The notes beneath the pieces are model-generated. The model saw only the letters and a list, made by a program, of their open reading frames with translations. It did not search any database and had not been told where the DNA came from. A stretch of 64,000 nt of DNA from Rhodanobacteraceae bacterium (GTDB lineage: Bacteria > Pseudomonadota > Gammaproteobacteria > Xanthomonadales > Xanthomonadaceae). Location: assembly GCA_024233975.1 (NCBI GenBank), contig JACKOX010000005.1, forward strand, positions 28,716 to 92,715, written 5' to 3'. Shown piece after piece: positions 39,828 to 49,150 of this stretch; within the stretch, counting starts at the first letter, position 1; every line of letters begins with the position of its first letter. The position numbers were made by a program, and so were the translations under genes.

Positions 39828-40295
39828 ATGAAAAACATACTGATTGTCTGCATGGGAAACATCTGCCGCTCGCCGACGGCCGAAGCGGTTTTCCGGCATG
39901 CGCTGGAGCAGGCCGGCATCGGTGGCGTGCGGGTCGATTCCGCCGGCACCGAGGCATATCACGTCGGTCAGGCACCAGATCGCCGCGCCATCGCGACGGC
40001 GCGGCGGCATGGCATCGACATGAGCGGGTTGCGGGCGCGGCAGGTGGGCAGCAACGATCTGGACGATTTCGACCTGCTGCTCTGCGCCGACGAAGTCAAT
40101 CTCGCCGCGTTGCATCGGCGTTTCAGCGATGCCGGACGCGCGCAACGTGGCCTGCTGCTGCCGTGGCTGGGAATCGCGGCGCCACGCGAGGTCCCAGATC
40201 CCTACTACGAGGACGATGCCGCCTTCGAGTCCGTTTTCGTCCTGCTGCAGCAAGCCTCCGAACGCCTGTGTGCCCGCCTGCGGGAGCCGGCATAA
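39828..40295 (+). CDS. ptp: Low-molecular-weight protein-tyrosine phosphatase
   Basis: Active-site loop VCMGNICRSPTAE. DPYY motif with the catalytic Asp. Confidence 0.85.
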   Translation: MKNILIVCMGNICRSPTAEAVFRHALEQAGIGGVRVDSAGTEAYHVGQAPDRRAIATARRHGIDMSGLRARQVGSNDLDDFDLLLCADEVNLAALHRRFSDAGRAQRGLLLPWLGIAAPREVPDPYYEDDAAFESVFVLLQQASERLCARLREPA

Positions 40296-40332
40296 TGGCC
40301 GGGCCACGGGGCAGGGCGAGGAAGCAGACGGC

Positions 40333-41760
40333 ATGAATGCGGTGCGCATGGCGACGGAGTTGAGCGACCGGCTGGACTGGCTGAACGTGTCCGGCCTGCG
40401 ACTGGAGCGTCTCCGCGGCCGGGTGGTGGCGCTCGGCTTCTGGCATGCCGGTTCGGTGGTCTGCAGCAACCTGATGCGCGACCTCAACCTGATCCAGGGC
40501 AGGCATTCGGACGGCCTGACCGTGGTCGGCATCCACTGTCCCAAGTTCGACGCCGAGCGCGAGCGTGACTGCGTATCGAAGGCGGTGAGCCGGCTCCAGC
40601 TGCGCTTTCCCGTGGCGTCGGACCCGGACTTCGTCGCCTGGCAGCACTACGGCATCCGTGGCTGGCCGTGCACGGTGCTGATCGACACCCAGGGTCGCAT
40701 CCGCCGGCAGTTCGCCGGTGATCTCTGCCTGGCCGAGCTGGATGCCGCTGTCGACGAGCTGCTGCACGAAGCGGGTGAGGACGACAGCCGCGTCTTCGAG
40801 ACGCTGCAGCTGGCTTCGCAGCGCGAACCACGACTGCCGCTGTCGTATCCCAGCGGGTTGGCCATCGACGACAACCACGTTTACGTTGCCGACAGCGGCC
40901 ACCATCGCATCCTTGAATGCACGCACGAGGGGCGCGTGCTGCGCCAGTTCGGCTCCGGCAATCCGGGGCTGCTGGATGGCAACAGCGCTGATGCCGGCTT
41001 CAACTTCCCCTGCGGTCTGTCGTTGAGGAAGGAATCGCTGTACGTCGCCGATCGCGAAAACCATGCCTTGCGGCGGATCCGGCTGCTGGATGGCGATGTC
41101 GAGACCGTGCACGGCACTGGCAAGCCAGGTCCCGCCGTCACCGCGCGCGGCGAGCTGGACGCCGGCACGCTGATGAATGCGCCCTCGGATGTCGCCGGGA
41201 CGCTCGACCAGCTCTACATCGCCATGGCCGGCACGCACCAGATCTGGGAATACGACCTCAACCAGCGGCGGATGCGCGTGCTGGCCGGCAGTGGCCGTGC
41301 CGGATGCCAGGATGGCGTGGGTCACGATGCGCGCTTTGCCGAGCCGACCGGCCTGGCCCAGGTGCAGCAGACCCTCTATGTCGCCGACGCGCAGGGTTCG
41401 GCGCTGCGTAGCGTGCATGTCACCGATGGGGCCGTGCACACCATGGTCGGCAAGGGCCTGTTCGACTTCGGCGACCAGGACGGTACGCGCGCCTCGGCGC
41501 TCCTGCAGCAGCCGCAGGCGCTGGTGCTCGACAGCGGCGCGCCGCTGCTGTGGATCGCCGATTCCTACAACAACATCATCAAGACCCTGCGACTGGGCGG
41601 CGGCGACGTGGTGCGCCACGAGATCGACTATCGCCTGCATCGCCCGGCGGCACTGGCTGCCCGCAAGGGTTCGCTGTGGATCGCCAACACCGATGCCCAC
41701 GAGCTGCTCTGCCTGGACATCGAGGCCGGCAGCGTGCGACGCGTCGCCGTCGGGGAGTGA
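40333..41760 (+). CDS. Thioredoxin-fold domain fused to an NHL-repeat beta-propeller (NHLRC2-like)
   Basis: N-terminal AhpC/TSA-like fold (VALGFWHAGSVVCSN...GWPCTVLID). Then repeated NHL-type blades (YVADSGHHRI, LYVADRENHALRRI, LYVADAQGSALR, LWIADSYNNII). Confidence 0.7.
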   Translation: MNAVRMATELSDRLDWLNVSGLRLERLRGRVVALGFWHAGSVVCSNLMRDLNLIQGRHSDGLTVVGIHCPKFDAERERDCVSKAVSRLQLRFPVASDPDFVAWQHYGIRGWPCTVLIDTQGRIRRQFAGDLCLAELDAAVDELLHEAGEDDSRVFETLQLASQREPRLPLSYPSGLAIDDNHVYVADSGHHRILECTHEGRVLRQFGSGNPGLLDGNSADAGFNFPCGLSLRKESLYVADRENHALRRIRLLDGDVETVHGTGKPGPAVTARGELDAGTLMNAPSDVAGTLDQLYIAMAGTHQIWEYDLNQRRMRVLAGSGRAGCQDGVGHDARFAEPTGLAQVQQTLYVADAQGSALRSVHVTDGAVHTMVGKGLFDFGDQDGTRASALLQQPQALVLDSGAPLLWIADSYNNIIKTLRLGGGDVVRHEIDYRLHRPAALAARKGSLWIANTDAHELLCLDIEAGSVRRVAVGE

Positions 41761-41771
41761 GTCGCGGACGC

Positions 41772-43646
41772 ATGGGCCGCTCGAAGTCACCAGAAACCGG
41801 TGAAGCCGGCGAGGCAGGCGAGAATTCCCGGGAGTTCGACGGAAAGGCCTTCGTCCGGCGCCTCAGCGACGCGCCCGGCGTGTACCGGATGCTGTCGGAC
41901 TCTGGCGACATCCTCTACGTCGGCAAGGCTTCTTCGCTGAAGAAACGGGTGGGCAGCTATTTCAGCGGTCGTCCCCACAATCTTCGAATCAGCCGCATGA
42001 TCGCCCAGATCGCTGGCATCGAGGTCACCGTCACCCGCAGCGAGCGCGAAGCGCTGCTGCTGGAGGACCGCCTGATCAAGACGCATCAGCCGCGCTACAA
42101 CGTGCTGCTGCGCGACGACAAGAGCTTCCCGTACATCCGCGTTACCCATCCCGACACCTATCCGCGGCTGGCCTTCCACCGCGGCTCGCGCAGCGCGCCG
42201 GGACGCTATTTCGGCCCTTATCCGGGCGCCGGGCCGGTGCGTGAGGCGCTGAACCTGCTGCATCGCCTGTTCCAGCTGCGCAGCTGCGAGGACAGCGTGT
42301 TCGCCAACCGCAGCCGGCCCTGCCTGCAGTATCAGATCAAGCGCTGCAGCGCGCCCTGCGTTGCCCTCATCGGCGAGTCGGACTATGCCGCCAGCGTGCA
42401 TCGCGCCGAGCTGTTCCTGGATGGCCGCAACACCACGCTGATCGATGAACTCACCGCCGACATGCACGTCGCCAGCGAGCGCCAGGATTACGAAGAAGCG
42501 GCGCGCCTGCGTGACCTGGTGGTCGCGTTGCGTGGTCTCACCAGCCGGCAGTACGTCGAAGGCGAGGGCGGTGACCTGGATGCGCTGGCCTGCGTGCTGC
42601 GCGAGGGTCGTGCCTGCGTGATGTTGCTGGCGGTTCGCGGTGGGCGCAGTCTCGGCACGCGCTCCTTCTTTCCGAAGACCAATGGTGCCGAGGATGCCGC
42701 CGAGGTTCTTGCTGCGTTCCTCAGCCAGTACTACCTGTCGCAGCCGCCGCCGCGCGAGATCCTGATCGACCGCGAGCTGGAGGATGTCGATACCCTCGCC
42801 GAAGTGCTTCGCGAGACGGCGGGTCACAAGGTTGCGATCCGACATTCCGTACGCGGCGAGCGCGCCCGGCATCTGGAAACCGCGCGCCACAATGCGGAGC
42901 TGGCGCTGGCCAGCGACCTGGGAAGTCGCGAAGCACAGGAGGCGCGGGTCAACGCCCTTACCGCACTGCTGGAGCTGGAGCAGCCGCCCCAGCGCGTCGA
43001 ATGCTTTGACATCAGCCACACGGCTGGCGAGGCCACCGTGGCCTCCTGCGTGGTGTTCGATGTCGAAGGGCCGGTGAAGTCCCAGTACCGTCGCTACAAC
43101 ATTTCCGGCATTACGCCGGGCGATGACTACGCGGCCATGCACCAGGCGCTGACGCGGCGTTTCCGCCATGCCCAGGACGAGGGCGCGGTGTTGCCCGACT
43201 TGCTGCTGATCGACGGCGGGCCAGGTCAGCTGAAGCAGGCGCAAGCGGTGCTTTCCGAACTCGGCGTCGTCGGCGTGCCGATGCTGGGCGTGGCCAAGGC
43301 CGAAGGGCGCCGGCCCGGTCACGAAACGCTGGTGCTGGATGATGGACGTCGCCTGCGGCCGGGACCTGACTCGCCGGCCATCCACCTGATCCAGCAGGTC
43401 CGTGACGAGGCCCATCGCTTCGCAATCAGTGGCCACCGTGGCCGTCGGGCCAAGCAGCGGCGGCATAGCGTGCTGGAAGACATCGAGGGCATCGGCTCGC
43501 GCCGGCGTACCAGCCTGTTGCGGCATTTCGGCGGCTTGAGCGGCCTGAGAGCCGCCGGCATCGAGGATATCGCGGCGGTGGAGGGCATAAGCCGTAAACT
43601 TGCCGAACGGATCTATGCCACCCTGCACGATTCGCCAACCGCCTGA
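41772..43646 (+). CDS. uvrC: Excinuclease ABC subunit C
   Basis: GIY-YIG (GVYRMLSDSGDILYVGKASSLKKRVGSYF). UVR domain, endonuclease V-like domain, C-terminal (HhH)2. Confidence 0.95.
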   Translation: MGRSKSPETGEAGEAGENSREFDGKAFVRRLSDAPGVYRMLSDSGDILYVGKASSLKKRVGSYFSGRPHNLRISRMIAQIAGIEVTVTRSEREALLLEDRLIKTHQPRYNVLLRDDKSFPYIRVTHPDTYPRLAFHRGSRSAPGRYFGPYPGAGPVREALNLLHRLFQLRSCEDSVFANRSRPCLQYQIKRCSAPCVALIGESDYAASVHRAELFLDGRNTTLIDELTADMHVASERQDYEEAARLRDLVVALRGLTSRQYVEGEGGDLDALACVLREGRACVMLLAVRGGRSLGTRSFFPKTNGAEDAAEVLAAFLSQYYLSQPPPREILIDRELEDVDTLAEVLRETAGHKVAIRHSVRGERARHLETARHNAELALASDLGSREAQEARVNALTALLELEQPPQRVECFDISHTAGEATVASCVVFDVEGPVKSQYRRYNISGITPGDDYAAMHQALTRRFRHAQDEGAVLPDLLLIDGGPGQLKQAQAVLSELGVVGVPMLGVAKAEGRRPGHETLVLDDGRRLRPGPDSPAIHLIQQVRDEAHRFAISGHRGRRAKQRRHSVLEDIEGIGSRRRTSLLRHFGGLSGLRAAGIEDIAAVEGISRKLAERIYATLHDSPTA

Positions 43647-43681
43647 CGGCCAACTTTTCGCCAGCCAATGGACGACCTGAT

Positions 43682-44236
43682 TTGAAGCTCACGATTCCCA
43701 CGCTGCTCACCCTGTTCCGCATCCTGCTGATCCCGGTGCTGGTGGTCGTGTTCTACCTGCCATTCAAATGGACCAATTTCGCCGCGGCCCTGATCTTCAC
43801 CCTCGGCGCGGTCACCGACTGGCTGGATGGCTGGGTGGCGCGTCGCTACGGCATGTACTCGGACTTCGGCGCCTTCCTCGACCCGGTAGCCGACAAGCTG
43901 GCGGTGACCACCGCGCTGTTCGTCATCGTGCAGAGTCACCCGACCATCCTGATGGCCCTGTTGGCGGCGGTGATCGTCGGTCGCGAGATCACCATTTCGG
44001 CGCTGCGTGAGTGGATGGCGGAAATCGGCGAGCGCGGCACGGTCAAGGTCGCCTGGGTGGGCAAGATCAAGACCATCGTGCAGATGCTGGCCCTGATCGC
44101 GCTGCTGTACCGGGAACCCTGGCAAGGCATCAATGTCCAGCTGGTCGGCGAGATACTCCTGGCGATCGCCGCGGTGCTGACGCTGTGGTCCGGAATCGCC
44201 TATCTGCGCGCCGCCTGGCCGGCGATGCGCCGTTGA
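43682..44236 (+). CDS. pgsA: CDP-diacylglycerol--glycerol-3-phosphate 3-phosphatidyltransferase
   Basis: TTG start gives MKLTIPTLLTLFRILLIP, which parallels the E. coli PgsA N-terminus. CDP-alcohol motif DWLDGWVARR...GAFLDPVADK. Confidence 0.9.
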   Translation: MKLTIPTLLTLFRILLIPVLVVVFYLPFKWTNFAAALIFTLGAVTDWLDGWVARRYGMYSDFGAFLDPVADKLAVTTALFVIVQSHPTILMALLAAVIVGREITISALREWMAEIGERGTVKVAWVGKIKTIVQMLALIALLYREPWQGINVQLVGEILLAIAAVLTLWSGIAYLRAAWPAMRR

Positions 44237-44311
44237 TGGATGGCGCGACGCAACAATTTCTGCATTTTCCTATTGACACCGCCGCGCCGATCCGTAAACT
44301 GCGCTGCTCAC

Positions 44312-44387
<76 letters not shown>

Positions 44388-44396
44388 GATACAGCG

Positions 44397-44426
44397 AAAC
44401 CTCGGTCCGCCGAGGTTTTGTTTTTT
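44397..44426 (+). terminator. Rho-independent terminator-like hairpin after tRNA-Gly
   Basis: aaacctcgg-tccg-ccgaggttt followed by tgtttttt. Confidence 0.65.
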
Positions 44427-44468
44427 CCGGGCTTCGTAATGTTCGATCAGCCCTGAGATTCGGTCACC

Positions 44469-44542
44469 GGCCTGGTGGCAGAGTGGTCATGCAGCGGCCT
44501 GCAAAGCCGTGTACGCCGGTTCGATTCCGACCCAGGCCTCCA
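44469..44542 (+). tRNA. tRNA-Cys (anticodon GCA)
   Basis: 74 nt. Acceptor ggcctgg/ccaggcc, anticodon loop ctGCAaa, T loop ttcgatt, encoded CCA. Confidence 0.9.
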
Positions 44543-44644
44543 CATCGACAACGTTTCGATTCGTGGCGAAAACCCTGCAGAAATGCGGGGTTTCTTGTTG
44601 TCCGGGGTTTCTGTACCTGCTCCGCTCCGGCAAACTGCGCGCAT

Positions 44645-44731
44645 GCCCGGGTGGCGAAACTGGTATACGCAAGAGACTTAAAATCTCTCGACCGCAAGGT
44701 CATGCGGGTTCGACCCCCGCCCCGGGCACCA
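44645..44731 (+). tRNA. tRNA-Leu (anticodon TAA)
   Basis: 87 nt with a long variable arm. Acceptor gcccggg/cccgggc, anticodon loop ctTAAaa, encoded CCA. Gly-Cys-Leu order after pgsA as in E. coli glyW-cysT-leuZ. Confidence 0.9.
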
Positions 44732-44885
44732 CGTCGCGACTGAAGTTGCCGCTCCGGTACACGGATGTGCCGGCGAATCAATCGCGATGGTGATTGATTC
44801 GAAAACATGGCGTGACCATGTCACGATCGTTTTCTCCGCAAATCGCGGCAGGATGCCCGGCTTTGCGGTCATCGAGGAGCTGCGC

Positions 44886-46544
44886 ATGCAGGACGGACCA
44901 CTGTCATTGCGTTACCTGACGCTATACATCTGCCTTCTGCTGTTCGCGGGCGCGTTGGCGCTGGCGATCCATGCCGAGTCCGGGTGGTTGAGTATCTGGA
45001 GCGTACTTGCCGTCGTCACCGGATTTCTGAGTCTGGTAGGCCTGCGCGACGTGTTCCAGCCGTCGCATGCGATCAATCGCAACTACCCGATCCTCGTCCA
45101 CTTCCGCTATTTCTTCGAGATGATCCGTCCGGAGATCCGCCAGTATTTCGTCGAGGCGGATTCCGACGAGCTGCCTTATTCGCGCGTGCAGCGCTCGATC
45201 ATCTACCAGCGCGCCAAGGACACCCTGGACAAGCGGCCGTTCGGCACGCAGCTGGATGTCTACGCGCCGCGCTATGAATGGATCAACCATTCCGTCGCTC
45301 CGGGCGAGCCAGCCAGCCACGACTTCCGCGTGCAGATTGGCGGCAGCGACTGCAAGCATCCATATTCGGCCAGCGTGTTCAATATTTCCGCGATGAGCTT
45401 CGGCTCGCTGTCGGCCAACGCGATTCTCGCGCTGAACGCAGGCGCCAAGCGCGGTGGTTTCTATCACGACACTGGCGAAGGTTCGATTTCGCGACATCAC
45501 CTGAAGCATGGTGGCGATCTGGTCTGGGAGATCGGCTCCGGCTACTTCGGCTGTCGTGCCGACAACGGCGGATTCGATGCCGGCAAGTTCACCGAGAACG
45601 CACAGCGCGAATCGGTGAGGATGATCGAGATCAAGCTTTCCCAGGGCGCCAAGCCCGGTCATGGCGGTGTGCTGCCAGGTGCCAAGGTGTCGCCGGAAAT
45701 CGCCGAGGCACGCGGCATTCCGGTCGGCCAGGACTGCCTTTCGCCGGCGCATCACACGGCCTTTTCGACACCGATCCAGCTACTGGAGTTCGTCGCCAGC
45801 CTGCGCGAGATGTCGGGCGGCAAACCCACCGGTTTCAAGCTGGCCATCGGTCATCCCTGGGAGTGGTTCGCGATCGCCAAGGCCATGCAGAAGACCGGCA
45901 TCCTGCCGGACTTCATCGTGGTCGATGGCGGGGAGGGTGGCACTGGTGCGGCGCCGCTGGAGTTCTCCAACCACGTCGGTGCGCCGCTGGTCGAGGCGCT
46001 GGTGTTGGTGCACAACACACTGGTCGGCCTCAATTTGCGCGGCAAGGTTCACGTTGGCGCGGCCGGCAAGGTGGTGACGGCGTTTGATATTGCCCGCACC
46101 ATTGCACTGGGCGCGGACTGGTGTAACGCGGCGCGCGGCTTCATGTTCGCGCTGGGCTGCATCCAGTCGCAGCACTGCCACACCGACAAGTGCCCCAGCG
46201 GTGTTGCCACGCAGAATCCCTGGCGGCAGCGTGCCATCGTCGTGCCGGACAAGGCCGAGCGGGTGTTCCACTTCCACCAGAACACGCTGAAGGCGCTGAA
46301 GGAGCTGCTGGCGGCCGCCGGACTGCAGCACCCCAACGAGCTGGGACCCGAGCACATCATCCAGCGCGTGTCATCGAGCGAGGTGCGTTCGCTGGCGGCG
46401 CTGCAGCACTGGGTGAAGCCGGGCGAGCTGCTGGATGGCGAATCCGATCACCCGGTATTCAAGGTGTTCTGGCACAACGCTGATCCGGAAACCTTCAGCG
46501 CGCCGCCGAGCGTGCTGTCGCTGCGTACCAGCAAGATGCGTTGA
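44886..46544 (+). CDS. FMN-binding glutamate synthase-family protein (GltB domain-2-like), membrane anchored
   Basis: Two N-terminal TM segments. IEIKLSQGAKPGHGGVLPG, VVDGGEGGTGAAP and C-terminal HCHTDKCPSGVATQ motifs. Confidence 0.8.
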   Translation: MQDGPLSLRYLTLYICLLLFAGALALAIHAESGWLSIWSVLAVVTGFLSLVGLRDVFQPSHAINRNYPILVHFRYFFEMIRPEIRQYFVEADSDELPYSRVQRSIIYQRAKDTLDKRPFGTQLDVYAPRYEWINHSVAPGEPASHDFRVQIGGSDCKHPYSASVFNISAMSFGSLSANAILALNAGAKRGGFYHDTGEGSISRHHLKHGGDLVWEIGSGYFGCRADNGGFDAGKFTENAQRESVRMIEIKLSQGAKPGHGGVLPGAKVSPEIAEARGIPVGQDCLSPAHHTAFSTPIQLLEFVASLREMSGGKPTGFKLAIGHPWEWFAIAKAMQKTGILPDFIVVDGGEGGTGAAPLEFSNHVGAPLVEALVLVHNTLVGLNLRGKVHVGAAGKVVTAFDIARTIALGADWCNAARGFMFALGCIQSQHCHTDKCPSGVATQNPWRQRAIVVPDKAERVFHFHQNTLKALKELLAAAGLQHPNELGPEHIIQRVSSSEVRSLAALQHWVKPGELLDGESDHPVFKVFWHNADPETFSAPPSVLSLRTSKMR

Positions 46545-46564
46545 TCGCTTCGATCAAGTTCGGT

Positions 46565-46957
46565 TCAGAGGCCGACGCCGCCCACGATTTCCAGCACTTT
46601 CTCCGGTGGACGCCCGATGCGGGCATGTCCTTCGTACAGGAAGATCGGTCGTTCGATCAGGCGCGGGTGTTCGACCATCATGTGGATCAGGTGGTCGGGC
46701 GACAGCGAGTGATCGTCCAGCCCCAGCGCCTTGTACTCGTCCTCGCCGGTACGCAACAGGTCGCGGGCGTGGATGCCCAGCCGCTCGATGATCATCGACA
46801 GGAACGCGGCGTCCGGCGGTGTTTCAAGATACAGGATGACCAGCGGATCGATGGCATGCTGGCGGAGCAGCTCCAGCGTGGCCCGCGACTTCGAACAGCG
46901 CGGATTGTGCAGCAGCACGCCAGTGCTGTCGTCGAGCCTTCTCCAATCAACCATCAT
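46565..46957 (-). CDS. arsC: Arsenate reductase, glutaredoxin-coupled ArsC (R773) family
   Basis: LLHNPRCSKSRATLELL catalytic Cys context. HPRLIERPI and RIGRPPEKVLEI parallel E. coli ArsC. Confidence 0.8.
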   Translation of the reverse strand: MMVDWRRLDDSTGVLLHNPRCSKSRATLELLRQHAIDPLVILYLETPPDAAFLSMIIERLGIHARDLLRTGEDEYKALGLDDHSLSPDHLIHMMVEHPRLIERPIFLYEGHARIGRPPEKVLEIVGGVGL

Positions 46958-48039
46958 TCAAATCCATTGGCGAAAATATCGTTGGGACCGGGACCACTGC
47001 CGGTGGTATCGGTCTGGTTGAAGTACCAGTCCTCGGTGATCTCAAAACCGGCGTTGCCCGTGGTGATAGTGAAGTTGTTCCCGGCACCCGAAGCGCTGAC
47101 ATTGCAAATCCCAAAACCGACTCCAGTGCGGAACTCGATGGTGATGTCGCAGCCGGTGGTGGTTTTTCCTTTGTAGTTCATCTGGATGGTGTAGTCATCG
47201 CTGTTGCCGGCCGTACCATTGTTTCCTGCCTCGCCAATGCGCAGTGTGGCGACGTCATCCAGCGAAAGCTGACGTACTGCATTGTTCGTGCAGAGAACCG
47301 GATACATGACGGCAGATGTCGGCGACTGGCCACGCAGGTTGGATGTGCTGCCACCGTTCGAACAAGGCAGGAAGTGGGTAGCTGCTTCCGGGAATGCGTG
47401 TGTGCCCGGAAGGTCAGTCACGTCGTGGGAATAGGTTGTCTGGTCGACTGTCACGGGCAACGCCGCAAACGGATCATTTACCCCCACGCGAAACCAGTTA
47501 CGGTTCACATCGTCGCCGCGTGCGTCATCCCGACTCGCTCTTACGTTATCCACACCATCGTCCGTGTTGAACGTCGTGTTTGGACCGGCAAACGTGTTCA
47601 TGTAGTACAGCTGGGGATTGTTGAAATCGCTGGTTCCGACTTCGCTGGGACCAAGCACGCTGTGATCCAGTCCAATGCAATGCCCGAGCTCGTGCAGTGC
47701 GACCGACTCGAAATCGGAGCGTCCACCCGTCACACCAGCCGAAGCGGCGCTGACGACATTTCCGTTGGTTCCCTGCATCCGGTTGAACTCGGCGACGACG
47801 TTTCGAATGGCCTGCTCCGGGTCGGAGAAGGCCGGGTTCGCATCAGGCGTTGGGAGTTTTGCCGGGTTCAGGCAAACCTGCACGAGCCTGACGCCGCCAC
47901 CCTGGTTCGTACCGCCAGCATGGATGACAAGATCCGGGTTGTTCTGGCCGAATCCTAGGAACGTGCCAGCCAGGCAGACATGCGGAAGTCCAATGGTCAG
48001 CAGGATGCCAGCCGAGAGCAGTGTCGCTGCAGGTTTCAT
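46954..48039 (-). CDS. Secreted zinc metalloprotease, metzincin with matrixin (MMP)-like active site
   Basis: Signal peptide. VALHELGHCIGLDHS (HExxHxxGxxH) and downstream SAVMYPV Met-turn. Start and stop each overlap neighbours by 4 nt. Confidence 0.75.
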   Translation of the reverse strand: MKPAATLLSAGILLTIGLPHVCLAGTFLGFGQNNPDLVIHAGGTNQGGGVRLVQVCLNPAKLPTPDANPAFSDPEQAIRNVVAEFNRMQGTNGNVVSAASAGVTGGRSDFESVALHELGHCIGLDHSVLGPSEVGTSDFNNPQLYYMNTFAGPNTTFNTDDGVDNVRASRDDARGDDVNRNWFRVGVNDPFAALPVTVDQTTYSHDVTDLPGTHAFPEAATHFLPCSNGGSTSNLRGQSPTSAVMYPVLCTNNAVRQLSLDDVATLRIGEAGNNGTAGNSDDYTIQMNYKGKTTTGCDITIEFRTGVGFGICNVSASGAGNNFTITTGNAGFEITEDWYFNQTDTTGSGPGPNDIFANGFE

Positions 48040-48623
48040 GGCGATACCTCCGCTTTCCGAGAGGCGATTGCCCGCAGCAGAAGGCCATCCATGGTTTCTT
48101 TGGCCTGATGCAGCACACGGACTTCGGCGTTTTCCGGATGATTCGCCCAGTCCTGCTGAGCAGTGGCATATAGCAGAGTGCCCAGCGCCTTGCCGTGCTG
48201 AAGTATTTCGAAACGGATCAGTGGTTCATCCCGCACTGCTGTTACCGACACCTGCGACTTCTGGCTGAGGCGCTGCTTCATGGCCGTATCCAGAGTATTC
48301 CGCAATTTTCGCGTATCGATCTGCTGCAGCTGCCAAGCGGCAATCTGTTGGTGGATCGCAGCGGTTTCCTTCTTGTCGAGCCGCATGGCGTGAGTACCGC
48401 TCAACATGGAACGTTCGGGAAGTTGTACGACGACGCAGCCATCGTCGTGGACGCTGATCCGGGTGGCCGTGTGCTCGCCGCCGCCAAGGAGTGGCGGAAA
48501 GGAGGCGTAGCGAAGGATCACTGGCGCATTCGTTTGGGCACAGGACGCATCGCCGCTGGTGCTGGCAAGGGCGCACAGGGGCGCGAAGAGCAGCGCTGCA
48601 AGAAGCAGGTTGCGATGACTCAC
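48036..48623 (-). CDS. Small exported hypothetical protein, translationally coupled to the metzincin
   Basis: GTG 48623 with GGAGG RBS. Signal peptide VSHRNLLLAALLFAPLCALA. No recognisable family. Confidence 0.5.
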   Translation of the reverse strand: MSHRNLLLAALLFAPLCALASTSGDASCAQTNAPVILRYASFPPLLGGGEHTATRISVHDDGCVVVQLPERSMLSGTHAMRLDKKETAAIHQQIAAWQLQQIDTRKLRNTLDTAMKQRLSQKSQVSVTAVRDEPLIRFEILQHGKALGTLLYATAQQDWANHPENAEVRVLHQAKETMDGLLLRAIASRKAEVSP

Positions 48624-48782
48624 TGGAACCTCCCGCTTACGCGTTATGCCGGCAGCGGCCGGCCACATGGAGAACGAGTTTCGGCGCGGGTTCAGGATAG
48701 CGCGCCTCATGCGCTGAGTCAGCTCCGGGCAAGCCGATATTGACCTTGTACAATGCTCCCGCGTATCATCCGCGGCCCATTT

Positions 48783-48857
48783 GGGCGGTTAGCTCAGCGG
48801 TAGAGCACTGCTTTCACACGGCAGGGGTCACAGGTTCAATCCCTGTACCGCCCACCA
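48783..48857 (+). tRNA. tRNA-Val (anticodon CAC)
   Basis: 75 nt. Acceptor gggcggt/accgccc, anticodon loop ttCACac, T loop ttcaatc, encoded CCA. Confidence 0.9.
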
Positions 48858-48873
48858 GATGCATCAACGACTT

Positions 48874-48907
48874 AGGCCAATCCTCTCGGGTTGGCCTTTT
48901 TCGTTTA
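48874..48907 (+). terminator. Rho-independent terminator-like hairpin after tRNA-Val
   Basis: aggccaa-(10 nt)-ttggcct followed by ttttcgttt. Confidence 0.6.
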
Positions 48908-49150
48908 TGTACCGTGCAGGCGCGGCCTGTGTTCCTGTGGCATCGCCAGTGAAGGTCGTGTTCTTCACATGCAGGTCTGAACTCGCCCTCGCGGGTGATT
49001 GCGCCGTCTTTGGATAGATCGCCGTCAGAATTTCGCCATCTGAGTCATCGACACTGTCGCCTTGTTGCACTGCTCTGCGAGGCGTCGCTTGAGCGTTTCC
49101 GGTTAGCGGTGCACCCTCTGAGGTTTGATGACGACCCCAAGGCAGGCGCG

